This document shows, one piece after another, positions 1-6,904 of a stretch of DNA of 11,804 nucleotides. Numbering within the stretch: the stretch's first letter is position 1; the number at the start of each line of letters is the position of its first letter. This DNA is from a bacterium (GTDB taxonomy: Bacteria; UBP7; UBA6624; JBBIMK01): assembly GCA_037444445.1 (NCBI GenBank), contig JBBIMK010000042.1, forward strand, positions 1 through 11,804. The letters run 5' to 3'. A program made the position numbers and the translations under genes. Below the pieces are notes generated by a model. That model made no database searches. It saw only the letters and a list, made by a program, of their open reading frames with translations, and was not told the DNA's origin.

Positions 1-168
1 TTCTTTAGTTTCTCTTATGATTTCATCGTAAGTCATCGTTTGTTCCTCTATTTCCCTCAAATACCGATAGTAATGAATGTCTTGTAGGGCCTTGCAACCT
101 GGAAATTCACGCTGAACCCGTTTTTGTATCTTTTCTTTTTCTTTTTGGGTGACTTCTTTTTTGGGCAT
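1..168 (-). CDS. hypothetical small protein, partial (runs off the window start)
   Basis: Not in the ORF track because it is under 60 aa in the window. ATG at 168-166 follows GGAGGTG (complement of 174-180). Hand translation: MPKKEVTQKEKEKIQKRVQREFPGCKALQDIHYYRYLREIEEQTMTYDEIIRETKE..., open to position 1. It starts 2 nt after the stop of the PIN remnant. Lys/Glu-rich, loosely like small TA-associated proteins, but no family is recognised. Confidence 0.5.
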   Translation of the reverse strand, partial: MPKKEVTQKEKEKIQKRVQREFPGCKALQDIHYYRYLREIEEQTMTYDEIIRETKE

Positions 169-170
169 TT

Positions 171-445
171 CTACACCTCCTCTTCTTCAAAAAAATCTTC
201 AGGCGTTACAATTACAGGAATGGGAAGTCTTAATCGGGTGTTTACTTCTTGAATCATCTCTTGTGTCCCTCGTTTATAAAGATGCTTGAGATTCCAGGTA
301 ACCATAAAATTCATCCCCCCAAAGTTGCGACCGCCAGGTGCCGAGCCTCCATTCTCGGTAAGCGTCTATATGACAAATAAATATCTGCCAACTTCAGCAC
401 ATCTTCAGTAATTTCCAAAACCTTAAATATCCCCCTCCTGCCCAT
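171..445 (-). pseudogene. PIN-domain (VapC-like) toxin remnant, missing its N-terminal half and frameshifted
   Basis: Two consecutive minus-strand reading frames. Frame A (445..311): MGRRGIFKVLEITEDVLKLADIYLSYRRLPRMEARHLAVATLGG*. Frame B (314..171): MNFMVTWNLKHLYKRGTQEMIQEVNTRLRLPIPVIVTPEDFFEEEEV*. Joined, they resemble the C-terminal half of the VapC-like PIN family with the motif ..DALHIAIAT..GMDYLLTWNCKHI.....P.I.TPEEL. The frames switch in a run of 6 C (315-320, plus strand); one extra base would fuse them. The N-terminal ~75 aa of the fold is absent because the FHA gene ends at 449. The conserved acidic positions read EARH and MNFM. Confidence 0.55.
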
Positions 446-448
446 TCT

Positions 449-1198
449 TCATCCGCCTCCTTTCATAAAACTCAGGCGGGTTTTCCCGATTTCTATCACA
501 TCGCCTTCGTGGAGTTCCGCTTTCACGATTTCTTTTCCATTGACCCGGGTGCCGTTAGTGGAAGCCATATCGTAGAGGAGGAACAGGGTTCCCTCCCTCT
601 TGATTCGGGCGTGGAGGCCCGAGGCGAAGAAGTCGTGTAGCACCAGGTCGTTGGATTCATCCCGCCCGATGTTCAGCACCTCTTTATCCAGTGGTAAAAT
701 CTTGCCCTTGTCCTCTCCTTCCTTCACCAGCAGGTAAGGCAGGGCAGGCGTGGGAGGGGAGGGAGACTGGAAAACTCGGGTTTCCTTCATTACTGCGGGC
801 TTTTTGAGGTTCTCTATTTTAATATCCGGCGGGGGGGGCTGACGCCAGAGTTCATACCCGCAGTAAGGGCAGGCACGCCATTCCCTGTGCAGGCGTTTTC
901 CACAATCGGGGCAGAACTGTCCTCTCCCGGCGAGCCTCTCCAATGTCAGGGACCCCATCAGAAAGGAATACAGCCCTAAAACCACCACATATCCCGCCAC
1001 AGCCAGCAGCAATCCATACCAGGGGTTTTGTGTGAGATATCCACCCCACACTCCCATCAGGACAGGCACGCCGATGCTTCCTGTGAGGAGAATCCACTTC
1101 TCCACGGGTGAGCGGTCGGGGCTCGCCAGTAGAAAATAAGACACCGCTCCCACTATCCCCAAAAAAATCGCAACCGCCAGTATATATAAGGCTATCAT
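449..1198 (-). CDS. membrane-anchored zinc-ribbon / FHA domain-containing protein
   Basis: 249-aa ORF with three hydrophobic N-terminal segments (MIALYILAVAIFLGIVGAVSYFLLA; WILLTGSIGVPVLMGVWGGYL; WYGLLLAVAGYVVVLGLYSFLMG). These are followed by a CxxC-X11-CxxC zinc ribbon (CPDCGKRLHREWRACPYCG), a Pro-rich linker and a C-terminal FHA signature (LNIGRDESNDLVLHD..ASGLHARI.....LFLLYDMASTNGTRVNGKEI....L.EGDVIEIG). Confidence 0.85.
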   Translation of the reverse strand: MIALYILAVAIFLGIVGAVSYFLLASPDRSPVEKWILLTGSIGVPVLMGVWGGYLTQNPWYGLLLAVAGYVVVLGLYSFLMGSLTLERLAGRGQFCPDCGKRLHREWRACPYCGYELWRQPPPPDIKIENLKKPAVMKETRVFQSPSPPTPALPYLLVKEGEDKGKILPLDKEVLNIGRDESNDLVLHDFFASGLHARIKREGTLFLLYDMASTNGTRVNGKEIVKAELHEGDVIEIGKTRLSFMKGGG

Positions 1199-1211
1199 CT
1201 ACTCATCCGAA

Positions 1212-1220
1212 ATTATACCA
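1212..1220 (-). promoter_or_regulatory. extended -10 promoter element TGGTATAAT upstream of the FHA gene
   Basis: The minus strand reads TGG (1220-1218) TATAAT (1217-1212), then 13 nt (1211-1199), then ATG at 1198. No convincing -35 hexamer and no Shine-Dalgarno in the 13-nt gap. Confidence 0.45.
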
Positions 1221-1373
1221 TATTCCCCTGTTTCCATCCCTCCACGGGCAGGGGTGCGGGGCGCCCGGATTATCGGATAGGGTTAACTTCCCGCGCCTGA
1301 ATGACTCAGGGAAATTCTCGGGTCCTGAACCGAATCCGTTCTCACCCGGGATAATTCCCTGGTGCCACGATGT

Positions 1374-1994
1374 TTATGGGGTGCCACCTGCGGGCGTTTG
1401 CTCGCCTGCGCCAGGGGTCTTAAAGGTTTCCCTGTACAGGTTCTTGAAGTGATTGAGGATGTCCGAGTCAATTCTGGCGGCGAGGCGGGCGGGGTTGGGA
1501 AAAGAGGCAGGAACCTCGATATGGTAAAACACTTCGCCCACCTGGCGAGCCAGGACCGCTCGCTCTCCCGGCACCAGGAATGAGGCGAAAGAGTTGTTGC
1601 CTCGCCAGATGTCTGTGTTTTTCTTATTCGTCACGACATCCCGAATGGTGGTCTCTAACCGGCTCCAGAAGGCTCTGGCGGCGCCATCGCTCTGAAATTT
1701 GCAAACGGTGATAGTCACTGTCCCTCCAGCCCCTTCGTAGGTTCTCTTCTGGGGCGACGGCATATAATTCTCAAATCCCTCCCCTTCCACGGCAAAGATG
1801 GCCTCAGCCTTTTTCAATGTGAGCCCTGCGGTGGGGAAAGAGTCGGGGAGTATTTGCTCGGGTCCAAGGCCACTCGGTGGTGGCTTATTCACCTGCCGCA
1901 GGTCGTTGACCATTTCCTTCATCACACGGGGACTGCAAGCGGTGAAAAGTATCCACAAAACCAGAAGTCCCTTCCCATACTGGAATGATTTCAT
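1374..1994 (-). CDS. hypothetical lipoprotein
   Basis: This is the ORF 1374..2057 trimmed to the internal ATG at 1994, which follows GGAGGTGAGGTG. The N-terminus MKSFQYGKGLLVLWILFTACSP has a signal peptide and a lipobox (LFTAC). It starts 5 nt after the stop of the upstream CMD gene. No family is recognised for the mature part. Confidence 0.7.
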   Translation of the reverse strand: MKSFQYGKGLLVLWILFTACSPRVMKEMVNDLRQVNKPPPSGLGPEQILPDSFPTAGLTLKKAEAIFAVEGEGFENYMPSPQKRTYEGAGGTVTITVCKFQSDGAARAFWSRLETTIRDVVTNKKNTDIWRGNNSFASFLVPGERAVLARQVGEVFYHIEVPASFPNPARLAARIDSDILNHFKNLYRETFKTPGAGEQTPAGGTP

Positions 1995-1999
1995 ACACC

Positions 2000-2368
2000 T
2001 CACCTCCGTTTGAGGACGCTGAGGGCAGCCCGAATGCCCTGTATGGTCTTCGGCCACCCGGCGATTAGATGGATATGAAAAAGGGTTTCAAAAATCTCTT
2101 CCTCCGTGGCGCCGCACCGGCGAGCACCGAGGATGTGCGTTTTCAGCCCTTCCTCTTCCCCCAGAACCGCCAGCCCGGCCACCATCACTAACTCCCGTGT
2201 TCGCAGGTCCAGCCCTCCTCTCGCATACACACTCCCGAAGGTGGACTCTACGAAATGTGTGGCCATTTCCTCATCCACGCTTTTTAACTCTTCCATTACC
2301 CTTTTTAACACGGCTTTGCCATCCACCCGCTCCCCCAGTTTTATTCCCCGCTGATATTTCTTGCCCAT
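2000..2368 (-). CDS. carboxymuconolactone decarboxylase family (AhpD-like/PcaC-like) protein
   Basis: 122-aa ORF. The size and the pattern ...FGSVYARGGLDLRTRELVMVAGLAVLG...LKTHILGARRCGATEEEIFETLFHIHLIAGWP are typical of CMD-family proteins. The ATG at 2368 lies 2 nt after the ELM1-like stop. Confidence 0.85.
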   Translation of the reverse strand: MGKKYQRGIKLGERVDGKAVLKRVMEELKSVDEEMATHFVESTFGSVYARGGLDLRTRELVMVAGLAVLGEEEGLKTHILGARRCGATEEEIFETLFHIHLIAGWPKTIQGIRAALSVLKRR

Positions 2369-2370
2369 TG

Positions 2371-3411
2371 CTACTTATATAGTTTACTCCTTCTAACGAG
2401 AAGAGAAAAGAGGAAGTGGGCGATGGCGGATGCTTCATCCCTTTTTTTCCCCTGACAGGGAGAGGAGAGGTAAGCACCTACCGCAGATTTTCCCCCGAGG
2501 GTCAGGTAACCTTCCTCCTGCAACCGATGGTAAGAGGGGAGGAGTTTCGGCTCGCTCCGACCCGAATCTGCGGTGGTAAGAACGAGCGGAAATTTCCCCG
2601 CAGAGACCGCTTCAGATACCATAGAGAAGGAGTCCTCCGTTACCAGTATCTTCTCGGCAAGGGTCAGGAAGTAAGGAACCGGGTTTTCGGGGGAAGAATG
2701 GGCCCACACCGCATAAGCAAGGCAGGGCTGTGAGGAAAGGAAATCCTGGAGGGCTTCTTCCAGCGGGCGGGGCGTCCTTCGGGAGGTGGTGAGCAGAAGC
2801 CGCCACCCTTCCTTTTCACAGATTTCTACGAGGAATCGGGCGATGGCGATTATCTCCTTCTCCGGCAGGCGATACCGACGCGTGTGGCCCCCTATCAGGA
2901 AAGCGATATAACGGTAGGAGCGGGATAAGCCCCGTTCCTCCGCCCATTTTTCTGCCTCCTTTGCCACTTTCTCATACGGGCGTGCGGGTGTGAGGAGCAT
3001 GCGATATCCGGGCGGACGGGGTTCCTTCGGGTCGTCGTGAAAAGTTACACCGATGAAGTCAAATCCTTTCAAAGGCATCAGGGTGGGAAGGGTGAGGCTC
3101 ACCGCAAGGGCACCGGAGGAGGAGGCAAGGAGAACCGTCAGCGGCGCCATCTTCGTCCCCGCAGACATTACTACTTCCGGGGGTGGATTCATTGCCTCCA
3201 ACCCTATCCCTGTCAGGCGAAGCAGGAACCGACTCCCCTTTTTTCCACGCCACCATGCTTGCGGGATGATTGCCAGCAGAGCCTTAAGAAGAAGGCTTTT
3301 CGCTGTGCTGATGGCCGGAGAAAGAACGGTGACCTCCCCCATCTGCTCCGCCACCGCAAGGCAGGGATTCAGATGCCCCCGCCTCCCATCCGAAACCACC
3401 ACCACTCGCAT
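2371..3411 (-). CDS. ELM1/GtrOC1 (DUF1022) family putative glycosyltransferase
   Basis: Family landmarks seen by eye: N-terminal VVVVSDGRRGHLNPCLAVAEQMG, central IAFLIGGHTRRYRL, LLLTTSRRTP, and VTEDSFSMVSEAVSAGK. The track ORF starts at TTG 3438, inside a strong hairpin. I prefer ATG 3411 (MRVVVVSDG...), which follows AGGA and lies 10 nt below an extended -10. ATG 3426 and ATG 3417 are alternatives. Confidence 0.75.
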   Translation of the reverse strand: MRVVVVSDGRRGHLNPCLAVAEQMGEVTVLSPAISTAKSLLLKALLAIIPQAWWRGKKGSRFLLRLTGIGLEAMNPPPEVVMSAGTKMAPLTVLLASSSGALAVSLTLPTLMPLKGFDFIGVTFHDDPKEPRPPGYRMLLTPARPYEKVAKEAEKWAEERGLSRSYRYIAFLIGGHTRRYRLPEKEIIAIARFLVEICEKEGWRLLLTTSRRTPRPLEEALQDFLSSQPCLAYAVWAHSSPENPVPYFLTLAEKILVTEDSFSMVSEAVSAGKFPLVLTTADSGRSEPKLLPSYHRLQEEGYLTLGGKSAVGAYLSSPCQGKKRDEASAIAHFLFSLLVRRSKLYK

Positions 3412-3421
3412 TTCCATCCTT

Positions 3422-3430
3422 ATCATACCA
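3422..3430 (-). promoter_or_regulatory. extended -10 promoter element TGGTATGAT upstream of the ELM1-like operon
   Basis: The minus strand reads TGG (3430-3428) TATGAT (3427-3422), then 10 nt, then ATG 3411. It lies immediately downstream of the terminator-like hairpin. Confidence 0.35.
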
Positions 3431-3436
3431 GAAATC

Positions 3437-3458
3437 AAGCCTGCCCCCGGGCAGGCTT
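3437..3458 (-). terminator. GC-rich hairpin, likely intrinsic terminator of the MFS gene
   Basis: AAGCCTGCC / GGCAGGCTT stem (3437-3445 with 3450-3458, about 9 bp) and a 4-nt loop. It lies 24 nt after the MFS stop. On the minus strand it is followed by GATTTCTGG, which is moderately T-rich and not a clean U-tract. Confidence 0.5.
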
Positions 3459-3481
3459 TCAGGGGTAGACTGGAGCGGGCG

Positions 3482-4762
3482 TTAACGGACGCCGCGAATT
3501 CGGCTCACCAGCACCGTGCCTGAAACGAAGCAAATAATGGCGAGCAGGAAGACCGTCGTGTACCCCAGAGTGGGAATTCCCGTTCGGCTTCCGATGCTCT
3601 GGAAATAATCCAGCAGGGCGCCGCCGATGACCGTGAGCACCTGAGGGAAAACGGTGGCAATATGCCAGATGCCCATATCTTTTGCATAATCGCTGGTGGA
3701 GGGAAGGGTATCGGTGGCTAACGCCCAGTCCACGCTCACATACATTCCATACCCGAGGCCAAAAACCAGCCCGATAAAAATCGCCGTCCTGTATGAATGG
3801 GTGGTGAGGAAGATGAAGCCGGTGAAAGCCATAAGGCCTCCGGCGAGGTAGACCATTACTTTTCTTCCGAAGCGGTCGGACATAGCCCCAGCCTGCAGGG
3901 TGCTTATCGTGGCTCCCAACAATAGGGGGAGACTAAAAAATGCCACCGCCGCCTTCGGGTCATCCCCCAGCGACCATCGGAAGAAAACATAGGGGCTGGT
4001 AATCACATCTTTGAAATAATACTGGATAAAAACTTCCACCGTATAGAACCCAAACATCACGAAAAGGCGGGTGAGGAAGACCCAGGAAAAATCGGGATAT
4101 TTCTTCGGGTCAATCCAGAGGGAGTGGAAGAATTCTCGCCAGTGAAATGGAGCGGTAGGAGGTATAGATGGCTCCCGAATGCCGAAGAAGGTGAGGAGGA
4201 ATCCGAAAATGAGAACGGGGGCGATGATGCCATAGATGGCTTCCACCGGAACACCCAGCCTCTGTGGGACGAAGCCTGTGAAGGCTCCCAGCAAATTTCC
4301 CAGCATGCTCATCAGCCCCATCCAGCCCGAGGCGGTGCCCCTTTGCCTTTCTCCCACCAGGTCAGGAATCAGGGCAGAATACGGCGCCGTAGCCAGGTTG
4401 TTCCCGAATGCCACCACGAGGAAAAAAAGAATACACCCCACATACGAATGAGAGAGGGCGAGGCCAGGCAATCCCGCAAGGTTGATCAGGATGCCTGCAA
4501 GCATATAAGGCTTTCGTCGGCCGATGGGGGTTCGGGTGCGGTCGCTCCAGGCGCCCGCCAGAGGGGGTAGAGCGAGAGAGAGGATGGCTCCCAGCGCCAC
4601 CACGCCCGCCATTCCCTTCCCTTTATTCACTTCTCCCACCATCTGAAGCACCTGCACTGGCAGGAGTATCACCAGTATTGCCATCCAGTGGAAACTCGTA
4701 GAAAACCAGAAGGCGCTCATCAGGAATAACTGCTTCGCCGTTAAATTTGCCCTCTCCGTCAT
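3482..4762 (-). CDS. MFS transporter
   Basis: 426-aa ORF, hydrophobic throughout with about 12 predicted helices. The loop 2-3 motif GAWSDRTRTPIGRRKPYMLAG is typical of MFS (GPH/SLC45/FBT-like) carriers, and there is a second MSDRFGRK motif in the C-terminal half. Confidence 0.85.
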   Translation of the reverse strand: MTERANLTAKQLFLMSAFWFSTSFHWMAILVILLPVQVLQMVGEVNKGKGMAGVVALGAILSLALPPLAGAWSDRTRTPIGRRKPYMLAGILINLAGLPGLALSHSYVGCILFFLVVAFGNNLATAPYSALIPDLVGERQRGTASGWMGLMSMLGNLLGAFTGFVPQRLGVPVEAIYGIIAPVLIFGFLLTFFGIREPSIPPTAPFHWREFFHSLWIDPKKYPDFSWVFLTRLFVMFGFYTVEVFIQYYFKDVITSPYVFFRWSLGDDPKAAVAFFSLPLLLGATISTLQAGAMSDRFGRKVMVYLAGGLMAFTGFIFLTTHSYRTAIFIGLVFGLGYGMYVSVDWALATDTLPSTSDYAKDMGIWHIATVFPQVLTVIGGALLDYFQSIGSRTGIPTLGYTTVFLLAIICFVSGTVLVSRIRGVR

Positions 4763-4775
4763 CCGATGTTACCTA

Positions 4776-4803
4776 ATTATAGCATACAGTCACCCCCATA
4801 CAA
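4776..4803 (-). promoter_or_regulatory. promoter of the MFS gene: -35 TTGTAT, 16-nt spacer, extended -10 TGCTATAAT
   Basis: The minus strand reads TTGTAT (4803-4798), a 16-nt spacer that includes TGC (4784-4782), TATAAT (4781-4776), then 13 nt, then ATG 4762. No Shine-Dalgarno in the gap. Confidence 0.45.
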
Positions 4804-4844
4804 TGGAAGGACCGATACAGAAAAGCCTCTCTATTGTCAGTGGG

Positions 4845-5951
4845 TTAGCCCAGACGCTTCTGGAAGCGGAAGGTGGCTACGCTGACCATCAGAATGCAGA
4901 AACCGACCAGGATGGCGATGGGTTCCAGGAGAGCGGACAACCGGGCGCCACGAATCACCAGTCCTCTTACCACAAGAATCGCATAAGTCATAGGTAAAAT
5001 GAGTGTAATCGGATACACGGGTTTGGGCATACTCTCCCGGGGGAACATAAAGCCAGAAAGAAGTATGGATGGAATCACCACCAGAATCGCCATCAAGATG
5101 GCTTGAAGTTGTGTTCTTGCTATGGTGGAAATCATCAAGCCCAGGGAGAGGGAAGTGATAATCCATACCGTCATCACGAACAGAAGGGCAGGAAGACTGC
5201 CCACGATGGGGATATGGAAAAGGTAGACCATCACCAGCAGGACGCTGCCTCCCTGAAGTAATCCTAAAACAAAGAAGGGCACTATTTTCCCCAGCATTAA
5301 GCCCAGCCGGCCGATGGGAGTTACAATGAGTTGTTCCAGCGTTCCCTCCGCTTTCTCCCGAACGATAGACAGAGAAGTGAGAATCATCAGGGGCAGGTGT
5401 AAGATGAGAACCACCAGGGCGGGGAGAAAGAAGGTGGAGGATTTGAGTTCCGGGTTAAACAGGATGCGTGAGCGTGCTACATATCGGGGTTGGAATTCCA
5501 CACCGACTCCATTCTTCTGTGCCAGTATTCCTGCCACCCCCTCCACCGTGCTTAACACATAGTTGGCAACGGTAGAGTCGCTGCCGTCCACCAGAACCTG
5601 GAAAGTAGCGGAGGCGTGCCCGGAAGACCCTGGCGTAAATCCGGGAGGAATGAGGATGGCTGCCTTCGCCTTTCCATCCCGGATGGCATCGTAAGCCATA
5701 GCATAGGAAAGTAGATAGCCCCGGATGTGGAAGACCCCCGTGTTGTTCAGGGCAACCACCAGCGACCGGCTGGCTTCATCCTGCCTCATATCCACAATCA
5801 CGGTGGGGACATTCTGCACATCGGTGCGTATGGCATAACCGAGGATAGCCAGTTGAAGAGTTGGAATTGCGATGGCAATGACGATGGTTACGGGGTCCCG
5901 ACGCAACTGCCGAAATTCTTTTCGTGTCATTGCCCAGAAGCCTCTGAGCAT
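4845..5951 (-). CDS. ABC-2 type transporter permease (YbhS/YbhR/YhhJ-like)
   Basis: 368-aa ORF. N-terminal MTRKEFRQLRRDP and TM1, a large extracytoplasmic loop, then 5 C-terminal TM helices, as in ABC-2 membrane proteins. AAGGAG lies 8 nt upstream. The start is 2 nt after the ATPase stop. Confidence 0.85.
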   Translation of the reverse strand: MLRGFWAMTRKEFRQLRRDPVTIVIAIAIPTLQLAILGYAIRTDVQNVPTVIVDMRQDEASRSLVVALNNTGVFHIRGYLLSYAMAYDAIRDGKAKAAILIPPGFTPGSSGHASATFQVLVDGSDSTVANYVLSTVEGVAGILAQKNGVGVEFQPRYVARSRILFNPELKSSTFFLPALVVLILHLPLMILTSLSIVREKAEGTLEQLIVTPIGRLGLMLGKIVPFFVLGLLQGGSVLLVMVYLFHIPIVGSLPALLFVMTVWIITSLSLGLMISTIARTQLQAILMAILVVIPSILLSGFMFPRESMPKPVYPITLILPMTYAILVVRGLVIRGARLSALLEPIAILVGFCILMVSVATFRFQKRLG

Positions 5952-5953
5952 AT

Positions 5954-6904
5954 TCAGGTGCTCCTTTCCTGTGAGGAGGTTAAGGCAATAAACACATCCT
6001 CCACAGTGGCACGGGAGGGAAGAACGAAGACTTCCAGCCCCAGATTCTGGTAGAGTTGCTGATTCAGGGAAGCATCATCCAGTTCACTCCGAACGAGCAT
6101 GTGAACGGTGTTTCCATATACAGTGGCGCGCAGGATGCCTTCCATACGGCGAAGGATATGCAGTTTTTCGCTGGCGCCAGCAAGATGGAAGTCTGCCCAT
6201 CGGGTGCCCGGCGGGGTGATTCCTGCCATCTGGGTGAGTTGCTCCGGGGGTCCCAGAGCCAGAAGGCGGGAGAAGTAGATATATCCCAGTCGTCCGCATC
6301 GCTCCGCTTCATCCATAGAGTGAGTCGTGATGAACAGGGTCTTCCCCTGTCCGGAGAGTTCAAACAGGATATTCCAGATTTCTGCTCGTGCCACGGGGTC
6401 TATGCCGGCAGTAGGCTCGTCCAGGAATAGCACCGGCGGGTCGTGCAGCAGCCCGCAGGCAAGGGACAAACGCATCTTCCAGCCCCCTGAAAGGCTGCCC
6501 GTAATCTGGCGAAGATACGGTGATAGGGATAGCCACTTCCCTATCTCATCCATTCGCTTCCGAAAGGGTCGTCCCTTCAAGCCGTAGAGATTACCGAAGA
6601 ACTCCAGATTTTCCTGCACCGTGAGGTCGGAATACAGGCTGAACCGCTGGGGGACATAACCGATGACCTGTTTGACCCTTTCCGATTGTCGCGTGCAATC
6701 GTAGTTCAGGACTCGGGCTTCTCCGCTGTTGGGCTCCAGCACTCCGCAGAGGATGCGAATCAGTGTGGACTTACCGCTTCCGTTGGGGCCTAAGAAGCCG
6801 AAAACCTCCCCCCGATGAACGCTTAAGGTTACATCGGAGAGTGCGGTGATGGGGCCGAAGGTGCGACACACATGCTCCGCTGAGATGGTGACTTCCGCAT
6901 TCAT
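5954..6904 (-). CDS. ABC transporter ATP-binding protein (single NBD, YbhF/CcmA-like)
   Basis: Walker A GPNGSGKST, Q-loop, signature LSGGWKMRL, Walker B VLFLDEPTAGID, H-loop TTHSM, plus a ~90-aa C-terminal extension. There is an ATGA start/stop overlap with the HlyD gene at 6901-6904. Confidence 0.92.
   Translation of the reverse strand: MNAEVTISAEHVCRTFGPITALSDVTLSVHRGEVFGFLGPNGSGKSTLIRILCGVLEPNSGEARVLNYDCTRQSERVKQVIGYVPQRFSLYSDLTVQENLEFFGNLYGLKGRPFRKRMDEIGKWLSLSPYLRQITGSLSGGWKMRLSLACGLLHDPPVLFLDEPTAGIDPVARAEIWNILFELSGQGKTLFITTHSMDEAERCGRLGYIYFSRLLALGPPEQLTQMAGITPPGTRWADFHLAGASEKLHILRRMEGILRATVYGNTVHMLVRSELDDASLNQQLYQNLGLEVFVLPSRATVEDVFIALTSSQERST

Noticed and set aside
1199-1373. 175-nt intergenic region with the GGGCGCCC palindrome (1259-1266) and a CCTGA-N5-TCAGG stem-loop (1296-1310). 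I considered a small RNA, a riboswitch or a terminator.
   Set aside because: There are only short stems of 4-5 bp, no U-tract and no recognisable riboswitch core. The plus-strand ORF 1108..1452 crossing it has no RBS and an implausible Pro/Gly/Ser-rich composition.
3412-3438. TTG 3438 (track start), ATG 3426 and ATG 3417 as starts of the ELM1-like gene
   Set aside because: TTG 3438 lies inside the 9-bp GC-rich hairpin, and ATG 3426 lies inside the candidate -10 box. ATG 3417 has the AGGA only 1 nt upstream, too close to serve as a ribosome-binding site. The family-conserved N-terminus begins right after ATG 3411. This is a start-site preference only and carries low certainty.
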